Of a DNA stretch of 64,000 bases, positions 17,501 through 26,398 are shown in pieces; positions within the stretch are counted from its first letter, which is position 1; every line of letters begins with the position of its first letter. The position numbers and the translations under genes were made by a program. Source of the DNA: Kiritimatiellia bacterium (lineage in GTDB: Bacteria > Verrucomicrobiota > Kiritimatiellia > UBA8416 > JABMPJ01); NCBI GenBank assembly GCA_030745755.1, contig JASLOA010000034.1, positions 10,071 to 74,070 of the forward strand, given 5' to 3'. The notes under the pieces were generated by a model. That model was not told the origin of the DNA. It did not search any database and was given only the letters and a program-made list of their open reading frames with translations.

Positions 17501-18266
17501 ACAGGAACGGGTAGAGCACGCTCAGGATCATGACGTGCGCGAAGTGGTAGAGCACATCCACCCGTTCTTCAGGCCGCGCATGGTGGCGGGCTACGTTGTA
17601 GGTTTCCCATGCGGCGCGACGGTAGGCGGAGCCGTTCTTCGATTCGCTATGCCAGCGGAATGAGGCGAGTGTCTGGTCGATGAATACCGGATCGCTTTCA
17701 CGTCCGAGGCGCAGCCAGTAGTCGTAATCCATGGCCATGTGCAGCTTGAGGCCAATCTGGCCGATCCTCTCGTAGGCGGCACGCGAGAAGAAGGTCGCCG
17801 GCTGCGAGATGAAGTCGCGCCGCAGCAAATGCCGATAGCTGTACCCTAGACTCTGTTTCCGTTTGTAGCGGGTGATGACCTGGCGAATCTCCGTGTCATT
17901 CTCGTCGATGTTACGGCAGTTCCCGAAACACCAGTCAAACGGACTCGCGTTGTAGGCCTCGGCAACGGCCTGGAGCGCACCGGGCTCGTAGAGATCGTCG
18001 GAATTGAGCCACGCGATCACATCACCGTCGGTATCGTCGAATCCCCGGTTGATGGCATCGCTCTGCCCTTCGTCAGGTCCCGATGTCCAGCGAAGTCGCT
18101 TGTCATTTTCGAAACGCCGCAGCACGGCCAGGGTTCCGTCGGACGACCCGCCATCCATAACGCGCAACTCCAGCTCGAAATCGCCCTCCTGCGACAGAAT
18201 GCTCTGCAGCGTGCGCTCGATGAAGTTGCCCTGGTTGTAGGACGGCGTGATGATGGAGAATTTCAT
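17499..18266 (-). CDS. glycosyltransferase family 2 (WcaE-like)
   Basis: SIITPSYNQ, DGGSSDGT, GQSDAINRG, WLNSDD and MDYDYWLR. Confidence 0.93.
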   Translation of the reverse strand: MKFSIITPSYNQGNFIERTLQSILSQEGDFELELRVMDGGSSDGTLAVLRRFENDKRLRWTSGPDEGQSDAINRGFDDTDGDVIAWLNSDDLYEPGALQAVAEAYNASPFDWCFGNCRNIDENDTEIRQVITRYKRKQSLGYSYRHLLRRDFISQPATFFSRAAYERIGQIGLKLHMAMDYDYWLRLGRESDPVFIDQTLASFRWHSESKNGSAYRRAAWETYNVARHHARPEERVDVLYHFAHVMILSVLYPFL

Positions 18267-19693
18267 GCCTTGCCCTTCTTAAGCACCTGCAGAAAAGCCA
18301 AAAAGCCCTGGAACGTTGCCCAGGCAGCGCGCGGACGGGCGGCGAGGTGCATGAGTTGGCGGAGGATGATGCCGGGGCGGAAGTAGAAATCACGCATCAG
18401 GTGGGCATGCGCCGCTTCGAGCGTTTCCTTGGTGAAGCCGTCGGGAACGAAGGTGGCTTCGAGGGTCGTCATCTTGCGCCAGTCGCAGTTGAAGGTGCCC
18501 ATCCCGGCCACCGTGTTGTAGATCTCCGAGCCGGGGAATGGCTGCAGGAGCATCACGCTGATATCGTCGAGCGGCAATGAGAGCGCCAGGTCGCGTGTGG
18601 CCGCAATGGTTGCCTCGGTTTCGCCGGGGAAGCCGACGATGAAGAACCCCTTGGTCTGAAGGCCCGCCGCGCGGCTCCATTCGAGCGCCTGGCGGATCTG
18701 CGGAATATCAAGGTTCTTGTTGACGCTCTTGAGAATATCGGCGTCACCACTCTCGATGCCGTACGTGATGTGCCAGCAGCCTGCCCGGCGCATGAGCTTC
18801 AACAGATCCGGCTTCACGCGATCGGCGCGGCCGAGGCATGACCAGGTGATATCGATCTTCTGTTCAAGCAGAAGCTCGCAGAACTCGGCTACGCGCTTGC
18901 GGGAGATGATAAACGTGTCGTCTTCGATCAAAATCTCGCGCACACCAAACTCCTCGCGCAGCTGCTTGACCATGCGCACGGCATAAGCGGGCGTGTAGGC
19001 GCGGCACATGCGCCCGAAGACGGAGCGGTCGCAGAAGGTGCATTGGTTGGGACAGCCGCGGGTCAGAACCACCGACGCGCAGGGCCAGCGACGGATGCGC
19101 GCGGGGGAGGGACGGAAAGCCTGCGGAAAGCCGTCGAGCAGGTCCCAGGCAGGCAGGGGAAGCGTATCCAGCTCGTGAATCAGGTCGCGTGGCGGGTTGT
19201 GGTGAAGGGCGCCGTCCCGTCGCTCGACCGTACCGACGATGCCGCTGGGCAGGGGCTGTCCGCCCTCCACGGTGCGGAGGATATCAACCAGCGTCACTTC
19301 GCCCTCGCCGATTACGGCCAGGTCAAAGCCGGGGCAGCTTTCGAGCGTGTCGTCCGGCAGGGAGGTGCCGTGACATCCGCCGATGAGGACCAGGATCTCC
19401 GGTTGCTTCTCCTTGATGCGCGCGGCCAGCGCGGCGGCGTCTTCGATGCCGGAGGTGGTGGCCGTGAGACCGACTACGGTCGGTCGAAACTCAAGGACAC
19501 GCTTCAGTGTCTCGCCCAGAGGCAAGTTGCCTGCCGCCGCTTCAACGATGGCAACCGCCGCTCCGGCCTCACGGGCGCTGGCGGCCAGGCAGGCGAGTCC
19601 GAACGACGGTTCGGTATTGGCGGCACCGGCAAAGGCACCGTAGCGTTCCTCCAGTGATACCGGAGCAGTGGCGAGGACAAGACGTGTCTTCAT
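18263..19693 (-). CDS. B12-binding radical SAM protein
   Basis: N-terminal cobalamin-binding domain (IGGCHGT, IGEGE), CxxxCxxC (RGCPNQCTFC), YGIESG and FIVGFPGET. Confidence 0.93.
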   Translation of the reverse strand: MKTRLVLATAPVSLEERYGAFAGAANTEPSFGLACLAASAREAGAAVAIVEAAAGNLPLGETLKRVLEFRPTVVGLTATTSGIEDAAALAARIKEKQPEILVLIGGCHGTSLPDDTLESCPGFDLAVIGEGEVTLVDILRTVEGGQPLPSGIVGTVERRDGALHHNPPRDLIHELDTLPLPAWDLLDGFPQAFRPSPARIRRWPCASVVLTRGCPNQCTFCDRSVFGRMCRAYTPAYAVRMVKQLREEFGVREILIEDDTFIISRKRVAEFCELLLEQKIDITWSCLGRADRVKPDLLKLMRRAGCWHITYGIESGDADILKSVNKNLDIPQIRQALEWSRAAGLQTKGFFIVGFPGETEATIAATRDLALSLPLDDISVMLLQPFPGSEIYNTVAGMGTFNCDWRKMTTLEATFVPDGFTKETLEAAHAHLMRDFYFRPGIILRQLMHLAARPRAAWATFQGFLAFLQVLKKGKA

Positions 19694-20079
19694 GAGGTGG
19701 ATGTGTCGGCTTCGTCGGGCGTGACGTCAGATTCCGGCGGATGTTCGCCACGAAGCAGCGCGATCTCCTGCGAGAGCTTTTTGATCTGGCGGCGATGTTG
19801 GGAAATGACCAGCGAGAACTGGAGCGTCATGAGCAGAAGGACAGAGAACGCGATGAGAAAAAGCGTGGTGGTGATGGTGACCGCGCCGATCAGGTCGGAC
19901 AAATGCACCAGCCAGTCGTAGCGTATCACAACCAGCAGCGCGCCGACCGCAATCCCGATCCAGATCCAGCAATAGGCAATATCGAGGCGTCCTTTTTGCA
20001 CGAGCCGGATGATGAGTCCGAGCAGGGCAAGCCCGAGAATGATGGAAGCAACGAACTGCCGTGGTTGGATCATACTCAT
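19690..20079 (-). CDS. DUF2304-like small membrane protein
   Basis: Three TMs then IKKLSQEIAL coiled tail; follows a DPM1-like glycosyltransferase, as is typical. Start ATG 20079 overlaps the upstream stop. Confidence 0.8.
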   Translation of the reverse strand: MSMIQPRQFVASIILGLALLGLIIRLVQKGRLDIAYCWIWIGIAVGALLVVIRYDWLVHLSDLIGAVTITTTLFLIAFSVLLLMTLQFSLVISQHRRQIKKLSQEIALLRGEHPPESDVTPDEADTSTS

Positions 20080-20849
20080 GATAGTGCTCCCTGCGAGGAG
20101 GACCGGATGCGCCATTGTCGCCACTGGAAAACGTTAAGCAGCACCATGAAGAGCGAGAGCAGCATCTTGATGGCATAGTAGATCGGCTTGAGACCTGAAT
20201 GCATGGACGCGCCCCCTTCGCGGGAACGCATGCTGACGGGCAGTTCCTTGACCTTCAGGCCCGCCATGTGGGCCATGACAATGACGTCGGAGTCGGGGTA
20301 GTCGCAGGGGAACACGCCGCTGGAGAAGAACGTGATGGCGCGCCGGGATAGCGCTTGCATGCCCGAGGTGGGGTCGGTGGTTCTCAGACCGGTGAGCACG
20401 CGGATGATACCGGCAAAGAGCGCGTGTCCAGCTCGCCGTATGACCGGCGTCTCGGGGTCAGGCCCGTTGAGATGACGTGAGCCGCTCGCGATATCGGCTT
20501 CCCCGTTGCGGACCGCCGCCAAGAGTGGGGGGAGCTGGTCCGGCGGATGCTGGCCGTCGGCATCGATCTGGAGGACCGGGCCATAGCCATTGCGGTTGGC
20601 GTAGAGATAGCCGGTTTCGAGTGCGGCGCCGTAGCCCAGGTTGCAGCCGTGGGAGAGCACGATGGCGCCGGCCGCGCGCGCGATGCGGGCCGAGTCGTCT
20701 GTCGAGGCATCGTCGATGACCGCAATGCCCGCCTCGGGGATGGCGCGCTTGAGGTCTTCGATCACAGCGGCGACACGTGGCCCCTCGTTGTAACAGGGCA
20801 TCAGAACCAGCGGGCGATACAGTGCGTCAGTGTCCATGAGTAGAGGCAT
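20076..20849 (-). CDS. polyprenol-phosphate glycosyltransferase (DPM1-like GT2)
   Basis: MPCYNE, IDDASTD, NLGYGAA, DADGQH, GSR and DPTSG. Start is 20849 or 20837. Confidence 0.9.
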   Translation of the reverse strand: MPLLMDTDALYRPLVLMPCYNEGPRVAAVIEDLKRAIPEAGIAVIDDASTDDSARIARAAGAIVLSHGCNLGYGAALETGYLYANRNGYGPVLQIDADGQHPPDQLPPLLAAVRNGEADIASGSRHLNGPDPETPVIRRAGHALFAGIIRVLTGLRTTDPTSGMQALSRRAITFFSSGVFPCDYPDSDVIVMAHMAGLKVKELPVSMRSREGGASMHSGLKPIYYAIKMLLSLFMVLLNVFQWRQWRIRSSSQGALS

Positions 20850-20926
20850 GGTAGCGGGATAGGGCAGTGAGTGTAAAGGCTGTGGTGTGCTTGTGTGGTG
20901 CTTGTGAATGGGGCGAGACCCGGGGA

Positions 20927-21121
20927 GTGCCAAGAACTCGGCGCGAAATGCGGCGGCGATCTCACGCCATCTGCCGGTTTTTCGGAGGCTTCGCGGGCAG
21001 GAGCCCTGCGAATCCTCCGAGAAAACCGCCATCTGGCGCAAGCTTGCCACCGCATTTCGCTCAATCCGAGTTCTTGGCACGTTTCACACACCGCGCCGCC
21101 CTTGCGGGCGGACCGCGGTGT
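20927..21121 (-). repeat. long rod-like structured repeat, copy B
   Basis: GTGCCAAGAACTCGG...CCGAGTTCTTGGCAC closing stem; homologous to 13940-14134. Confidence 0.8.
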
Positions 21122-21191
21122 TGAATTGCGGAAGCGCCCGCTGCGCGGGCTCATCTTTCACCTGCCGCGGGTTGGGCGCGGAGACACATCA

Positions 21192-21220
21192 TTGCACCTA
21201 TTCAGTAGACGTGGTAGTCT
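21192..21220 (+). promoter_or_regulatory. sigma70-like promoter, probably giving a leaderless transcript
   Basis: TTGCAC-17 nt-TAGTCT with extended TG, 6 nt before ATG 21227; no SD. Confidence 0.55.
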
Positions 21221-21226
21221 TACGCC

Positions 21227-21487
21227 ATGCCTGAGATTTGTAGATTCCTTGGTATTGTTATTGCGATTTACTGGAAAGAGCATGGCGTTCCCCATTTTCA
21301 TGCGAAGTACCAGGGCTGTCGTGCCTCTTTCGCTATTGAGGACTTCCGGTTGCTTGAGGGTAAGCTTCCGCCGCGGGTTACCGGCCTAGTGCTTGAGTGG
21401 GCGGCTTCCCATCGCGACGAGCTCCTCGGGGACTGGGAACTGGCCATGCAGAAGAAGCCGCTCAAACGCATCGCGCCACTCGAATAG
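21227..21487 (+). CDS. DUF4160 family protein (type II TA, DhiT-like)
   Basis: MPEICRFLGIVI...EHGVPHFHAKY...EWA...EL..W signature. Confidence 0.88.
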   Translation: MPEICRFLGIVIAIYWKEHGVPHFHAKYQGCRASFAIEDFRLLEGKLPPRVTGLVLEWAASHRDELLGDWELAMQKKPLKRIAPLE

Positions 21488-21497
21488 GAGTTAATCC

Positions 21498-21818
21498 ATG
21501 CACTATATCACTGGGGTGTCATACGAAGAAGGCTACACGTTGAGGCTGGTGTTCGAAGACGGTAGCTGCCGCCGGGCGGACCTGAGAGACCATCTTGACG
21601 GTGAAGTGTTTGAACCGCTGAGGAATCCTGAAGAATTCCGGTCCGCGCACTTAAACGAGGATATTGATACCGTTGTCTGGGACAATGGCGCAGACATGTC
21701 CCCGGATTTTCTATATGAGATATCCGAGCCCGTTGAAGACAGTGAACTGGCGCGGGTAGCCGAGACAGAAGCCCGATACGGTAACTCGCCTGCCGCCGGA
21801 TCCGAGACAGGACACTAA
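21498..21818 (+). CDS. DUF2442 family protein (TA partner, DhiA-like)
   Basis: YTLRLVFEDG...GEVFEPL...TVVWDNGADMSPDFLY signature. Confidence 0.88.
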   Translation: MHYITGVSYEEGYTLRLVFEDGSCRRADLRDHLDGEVFEPLRNPEEFRSAHLNEDIDTVVWDNGADMSPDFLYEISEPVEDSELARVAETEARYGNSPAAGSETGH

Positions 21819-23068
21819 TGCCGGAACGAGCGTTGCCCGGTGTAGACCATGGCGACGCCGGCTTCGTTGCAGGCTTCGATGGTTTCGAAGTCGCGGGCGG
21901 AGCCGCCGGGTTGTACGACGGCGGTGACGCCTTCGCGGATGCCTACTTCGACACCATCGCGGAACGGGAAGAAGGCGTCGGATACCATGGCGCTGCCCTT
22001 TAGGCCGCCCCTGGCGTCCGTCACGGCTGCGTCGATGTCCCTGCGTGTGGCATCGTCCTTGAGTGTATTGTAGGGGATGCCGTGCTGTTCCCAGCAGAGG
22101 CGGTCGGCCAGCTTGCGATAGGCTTTGTCACGGGCGATTTCGGCTACACCAACACGATCCTGCTCGCCGGTGCCGATGCCGACTGTGACGCCGTCCTTGA
22201 CGTAGAGTACGGAGTTGCTGGTGACGCCGGCTTCGACCATCCAGCCGAAAAGTAGATCCTTGAGTTCCGCTTCGGTGGGTTGACGGTTGATGGTGTACTC
22301 GTCGCCCTTGTAGGTCGTCACGGCGGGAAGGAAGTCATCCACGCTACGGGCCTCGGGCTGGAAGGACCACTGCACCACCATGCCGCCATCGATCAGACTC
22401 TTGAAGTCGACCACGCGCTGCGTGGCGTAGTCCTGCAGGCGCCCCATGTTGCCGATGCGCATCACGCGCAGGTTCTTCCTGGTGGCGAAGATGTCCATGA
22501 CACCGTCCGCAAACTCGGGGGCGATGACGACTTCGGCGTAATTCTTGACGATCAGCTCGGCTGTTTTCTTGTCGCACTCGCCGTTGAGTGCAATGGCGCC
22601 GCCGAAGGCGGCCAGGCGGTCGGCCATGTTGGCCTTGTCATAGGCATCCGCCAGCGAGTCGCCCAGTGCGCATCCGCACGGGTTGTTGTGCTTCATGATG
22701 ACGACTGCGGGCTCGTCGGTCAGGTAGCGCAGAATGTTGAGGGCGCTGTCGGCGTCGGTGATATTGATCTTGCCGGGGTGCTTGCCGGACTGCAACAGCT
22801 CGGCATTGGAGGCGAGGTGTTGTCCGGGTTGAATGGCCGTTACCTCGCCGAGGGTCAGGTTGCCGTTGACGAGGCGGTACAGCGCGGCTTCCTGGCCGGG
22901 GTTCTCGCCGTAACGCAGCCCCTTGTCCACACCGTCGATCTGCCAACTGTTCTTCTCGAAACAAAGGGTCTGGCGCTCATCGCCATCGATGAAGGAAATC
23001 TCCATCTGTGGCGGGAAGTGGTCATCCATGATGGTCTTATACGCAGCTTTGAAATCAGTCTGGCTCAT
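21815..23068 (-). CDS. purH: PurH-like AICAR transformylase domain protein (no N-terminal MGS-like cyclohydrolase domain)
   Basis: LRYGENP.QEAA, KHNNPCG, SNS, GIGTGEQDRV, SDAFFPFRDG, QPGGS.RD and RSFRH end. Confidence 0.85.
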   Translation of the reverse strand: MSQTDFKAAYKTIMDDHFPPQMEISFIDGDERQTLCFEKNSWQIDGVDKGLRYGENPGQEAALYRLVNGNLTLGEVTAIQPGQHLASNAELLQSGKHPGKINITDADSALNILRYLTDEPAVVIMKHNNPCGCALGDSLADAYDKANMADRLAAFGGAIALNGECDKKTAELIVKNYAEVVIAPEFADGVMDIFATRKNLRVMRIGNMGRLQDYATQRVVDFKSLIDGGMVVQWSFQPEARSVDDFLPAVTTYKGDEYTINRQPTEAELKDLLFGWMVEAGVTSNSVLYVKDGVTVGIGTGEQDRVGVAEIARDKAYRKLADRLCWEQHGIPYNTLKDDATRRDIDAAVTDARGGLKGSAMVSDAFFPFRDGVEVGIREGVTAVVQPGGSARDFETIEACNEAGVAMVYTGQRSFRH

Positions 23069-23091
23069 CGTGTCTCCGAGGTGGTAGAGAT

Positions 23092-23165
23092 TGGAGCGGG
23101 CGAGGGGAATCGAACCCCTATAGTCAGCTTGGAAGGCTGAAGTTCTACCATTGAACTACGCCCGC
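23092..23165 (-). tRNA. tRNA-Gly (TCC)
   Basis: GCGGGCGTAGTTCAATGGTAGAAC-TTCAGC-CTTCCAA-GCTGA-CTATAGGGGTTCGATTCCCCTCGCCCGCTCCA; cloverleaf with encoded CCA. Confidence 0.97.
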
Positions 23166-23326
23166 TCAATGGAAAACAGCGAGCAGTGTATGCGAGCGGA
23201 GATCAGAGTCAAGCCTTGTTGGCCACGTCCTGCAAATAGCATGGGACGCTGATCTCGCTCCCTTTTTGCTGTCATATCGGGAAGGGGATGCATTATCTTC
23301 CGTCCCCAACAGAGGGAGAGGGACAC

Positions 23327-23752
23327 ATGGCTGACTGGCAAAATGATCTGGGGTCGTTCTTTGAACAGAAAGAACAGACGCATGCCGAGCAGGAGCGATC
23401 GGAGACCGAGCGCTTCCTTGAGGATGTGGCGATGCCCGCGTATGCGCAGCTGAAGGTGGAGCTGGAGAAGTACGGACGTGAGGTGGCGATTCGGGAGACC
23501 GCCAGTGCTGCGGCGATTGCCGTGCAACATGGCGGGATGGATGAGTTTCGCTATAGCCTGCAAGGTCGGACGTTTCCGGAAGGTATCCTGCCTTTTGCCG
23601 AAATCCTGTCACGCGAACGCAAGGGCATTCGCATGATTCGCACGGAGAGCATGGTGCGTTCCGGCAGCGACTACACCATCCTGGATATTACCTCCGACGA
23701 GGTCATCGCCCACTTTCTTACCCACTACAAACGCTCCATCCGCGAGGAGTAG
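23327..23752 (+). CDS. hypothetical protein
   Basis: Purine-rich SD (GGAGAGGGA) before ATG 23327; coding-like composition; upstream of hexokinase. Confidence 0.7.
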   Translation: MADWQNDLGSFFEQKEQTHAEQERSETERFLEDVAMPAYAQLKVELEKYGREVAIRETASAAAIAVQHGGMDEFRYSLQGRTFPEGILPFAEILSRERKGIRMIRTESMVRSGSDYTILDITSDEVIAHFLTHYKRSIREE

Positions 23753-23767
23753 AACCGGAGATCTTGA

Positions 23768-25069
23768 GTGATGGCCCCCACGGACATCCAGAGCTGGCTT
23801 AAAGAGCAGATGGTATCTGTGGATGCGTATGATGCCGATGCGTTGGTCGAGCGATTCCTGTCAGAGATGGAGCGCGGTCTGAATGGGGAGCCCAGCTCCC
23901 TGGCCATGATTCCCGCTTACGTGTCGAGCGAAGGAGACGTCCCGGCCGACAAGCCGGTGGCCGTAATCGATGCCGGCGGTACCAACCTGCGCATCGGCAT
24001 CGCTCGTTTTGACGCTGATGGACAGATCCAACTCGAGCATTTCAGCAAGCAGGCCATACCGGGACGGGATGTCGAAGCCTGTGCCGCGGAGTTCTTCGCC
24101 GTCATGGTCGATGCGCTCGAGCCGGTGCAGGACGCCTTTGACGACATCGGCTTCTGCTTCTCTTATCCGGCCAGCATTACCCCCGACTACGATGGGAAGC
24201 TGCTGCACTGGACCAAAGAGATCAAGGTTCCCGAATTGGTTGGTGCTCACGTAGGCGCCGGGCTCCTGGCCGCATTGGACGCCCGCGGCATTGCAGGCAA
24301 GAACGTCGTGGTTCTGAACGACACGGTCGCCGCCCTTCTGGCCGGCGTGGCCGCCGGCCAGGCGTTCGATGCCTCTTCCTATATAGGGTTCATTCTTGGC
24401 ACCGGAACCAACACGGCCTACGTGGAGCAGAACCGCACTATCGGCAAGTTGCCGGGCCTGCACGAGTCCGGCTCGCAAGTCATCAATGTTGAGTCCGGCG
24501 GGTTCACGGGATTCGAGCGCGGTTCGATCGACCTGGCGATGGATGCCGAAAGCGAGAACCCCGGAAAGCATGTCTTCGAGAAGACTATTTCGGGCGTCTA
24601 CATGGGACCGCTCGCCCTGCGGCTGATGAAGGGGTTGGTGACGGAAGGGGTGTTCTCAGAAGACGGCGGCAAGTCGCTGGCGGAGATGACCGAACTCTCA
24701 ACCATCGAGATCGATAACCTGTGTGCCGATAATGGACGCGATGTCGGCGTCCTCGGGACGGACGGTTTCACGGATGCGGACCGCGAGGTCATGAAGGAAG
24801 TCTTCGGCGCAGTGGTTGATCGCGCCGCACTACTTACGGCGGTCAATCTCACGGCGGCTATTGTCAAGAGCGGCGCAGGGCAGGATCCCGACCGCCCCGT
24901 CTGCATCAATATCGACGGGTCGACCTATTACAAGACCTTCCGGATGCCCGAGAAGGTGCAGGCCCAGTTGCAGCGACTGCTGGGAGCGCGCGGCCTGCAT
25001 ATCCGCTGTATTCAAGTGGATGATGCGCCTGTGGTGGGGGCGGCGATTGCCGGTTTGACGACGTTCTAG
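23768..25069 (+). CDS. hexokinase (eukaryote-type hexokinase family)
   Basis: SSLAMIPAYV, IDAGGTNLR, GFCFSYP, LLHWTK, LNDTVA, ILGTGTNTAYVE and FEKTISGVYMG. Confidence 0.92.
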   Translation: MMAPTDIQSWLKEQMVSVDAYDADALVERFLSEMERGLNGEPSSLAMIPAYVSSEGDVPADKPVAVIDAGGTNLRIGIARFDADGQIQLEHFSKQAIPGRDVEACAAEFFAVMVDALEPVQDAFDDIGFCFSYPASITPDYDGKLLHWTKEIKVPELVGAHVGAGLLAALDARGIAGKNVVVLNDTVAALLAGVAAGQAFDASSYIGFILGTGTNTAYVEQNRTIGKLPGLHESGSQVINVESGGFTGFERGSIDLAMDAESENPGKHVFEKTISGVYMGPLALRLMKGLVTEGVFSEDGGKSLAEMTELSTIEIDNLCADNGRDVGVLGTDGFTDADREVMKEVFGAVVDRAALLTAVNLTAAIVKSGAGQDPDRPVCINIDGSTYYKTFRMPEKVQAQLQRLLGARGLHIRCIQVDDAPVVGAAIAGLTTF

Positions 25070-25213
25070 TGTCTTGGTCCAGGAGTTCGTGTAAGAAGTC
25101 GTTTGTCATTTCGAGCGAAGCGAGAAATCTCAAGTCCATGTTGGAGTAGAGATCCCTCGGCTTCGCTCGGGATGACACACGAATTGTGCAGAACGCAGTT
25201 GTGATGCAGTACA
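25070..25213. mobile_element. MITE-like element family II, copy 1, with REP doublet
   Basis: CTAG|TGT...ACA|CTGG ends; right half similar to 62164-62313 (GGGATGACACACGA.TT.T.CA.AACGCA.TTGTGA). Confidence 0.65.
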
Positions 25214-25242
25214 CTGGGTTGGTCAACGAGTGAAGGAGCAAG

Positions 25243-26238
25243 ATGAGCGAAGGATATCCTGATATACGGTTGAGACGTTTAAGACAGTCGCCCCAGGTGC
25301 GACGGATGTTGGACCGGCCCTTTCCGGGTCCTGAGCGTTTTCTCTGGCCGGTCTTCGTGGTGCCGGGTAGCGGCGTATGCGAGCCGATCGATGCCATGCC
25401 GGGGCAGTGTCGTTACAGCGTCGATCAACTGATTGAGGCGCTGAAGCCGGTTGCCGCTATGGGAATCAGCGGCGTGCTGATCTTTGGTCTTGCTGAAGAG
25501 AGCGCGAAAGACGCCACAGGCACCGCTGCCTTCGATCCGACCGGTCCGGTGCACGCAGCGGTTCGCGCCATCCGCAACGCATATCCCAACCTGTTGGTCT
25601 TCACAGATGTCTGCGTCTGTGCCTACACCTCGCACGGCCATTGCGGGCCATTGACGGATGACGGGGTGGTCAATAACGATGCCTCGAATGCTGTGCTGGC
25701 CAACGTGGCTGTATCGCACGCCGAGGCCGGGGCGCACGGTGTGGCGCCCAGCGCCATGATGGATGGCCAGGTGGCCGCCATTCGTGGCGCGCTTGAAGCT
25801 GCGGGCTTCATGGATACGATCCTGATGAGCTACTCCACCAAGTTCGCATCGGCCATGTACGGCCCGTTCCGCGATGCCGAGAAGTCGGCCCCGCAATCAG
25901 GCGATCGCAAGGGCTACCAGGCATCTTACGGCGATCTCGCAACCGCCTTGCGCGAGTCCGACCTGGACGAGGCCGAAGGTGCCGACATCCTGATGGTGAA
26001 GCCCTCGCTGTTCTATCTCGATGTGCTGACCCGTCTGCGCGAAGGCACCGACCTGCCCATTGCCGCCTACAACGTCAGCGGCGAATACGCCATGCTCATC
26101 GCAACGGCGGACCGCGGCTGGGGCGACCTCTATTCCATGGTGCGCGAGAGCATCACCGCCCTCGACCGCGCCGGGGCCGACATCATTATCTCCTACTGGG
26201 CCAACCAGTATGAGAAGGTGGCAGGTGTCAGGTGCTAA
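25243..26238 (+). CDS. hemB: porphobilinogen synthase
   Basis: RLRRLR, DVCVCAYTSHGHCG, APSAMMDGQV, YGPFRDA, MVKP and AYNVSGEY. Confidence 0.97.
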   Translation: MSEGYPDIRLRRLRQSPQVRRMLDRPFPGPERFLWPVFVVPGSGVCEPIDAMPGQCRYSVDQLIEALKPVAAMGISGVLIFGLAEESAKDATGTAAFDPTGPVHAAVRAIRNAYPNLLVFTDVCVCAYTSHGHCGPLTDDGVVNNDASNAVLANVAVSHAEAGAHGVAPSAMMDGQVAAIRGALEAAGFMDTILMSYSTKFASAMYGPFRDAEKSAPQSGDRKGYQASYGDLATALRESDLDEAEGADILMVKPSLFYLDVLTRLREGTDLPIAAYNVSGEYAMLIATADRGWGDLYSMVRESITALDRAGADIIISYWANQYEKVAGVRC

Positions 26239-26377
26239 GGGCGTGTTGCCTCAAAAGAGATCCCTCGACTTCGCTCGGGATGACAGTCTCGGAATTACCG
26301 GGTTGCCTGGGGAGTTGTCATGCTGAGCTTGTCGAAGCATCTCCTCTGACCTGTTTCGATAATCCGGGCAACAGCCC
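26239..26377. mobile_element. MITE-like element family III with REP doublet
   Basis: Terminal inverted repeats GGGCGTGTTGCC / GGCAACAGCCC start immediately after the hemB TAA; hairpin doublet inside. Confidence 0.6.
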
Positions 26378-26398
26378 GCTACGTGGAAGGGAACTGAG

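Noticed and set aside
20850..21121. Rod repeat as a 5' UTR riboswitch of the glycosyltransferase operon
   Set aside because: A promoter-like TTTACA-N18-TACCAT lies between the repeat and the gene, and the genes downstream of the two copies are unrelated; kept only as a structured repeat.
23092..23165. tRNA-Gly as an integration site of a genomic island
   Set aside because: No integrase and no duplicated tRNA 3' end seen in the window; the next gene is a housekeeping enzyme.
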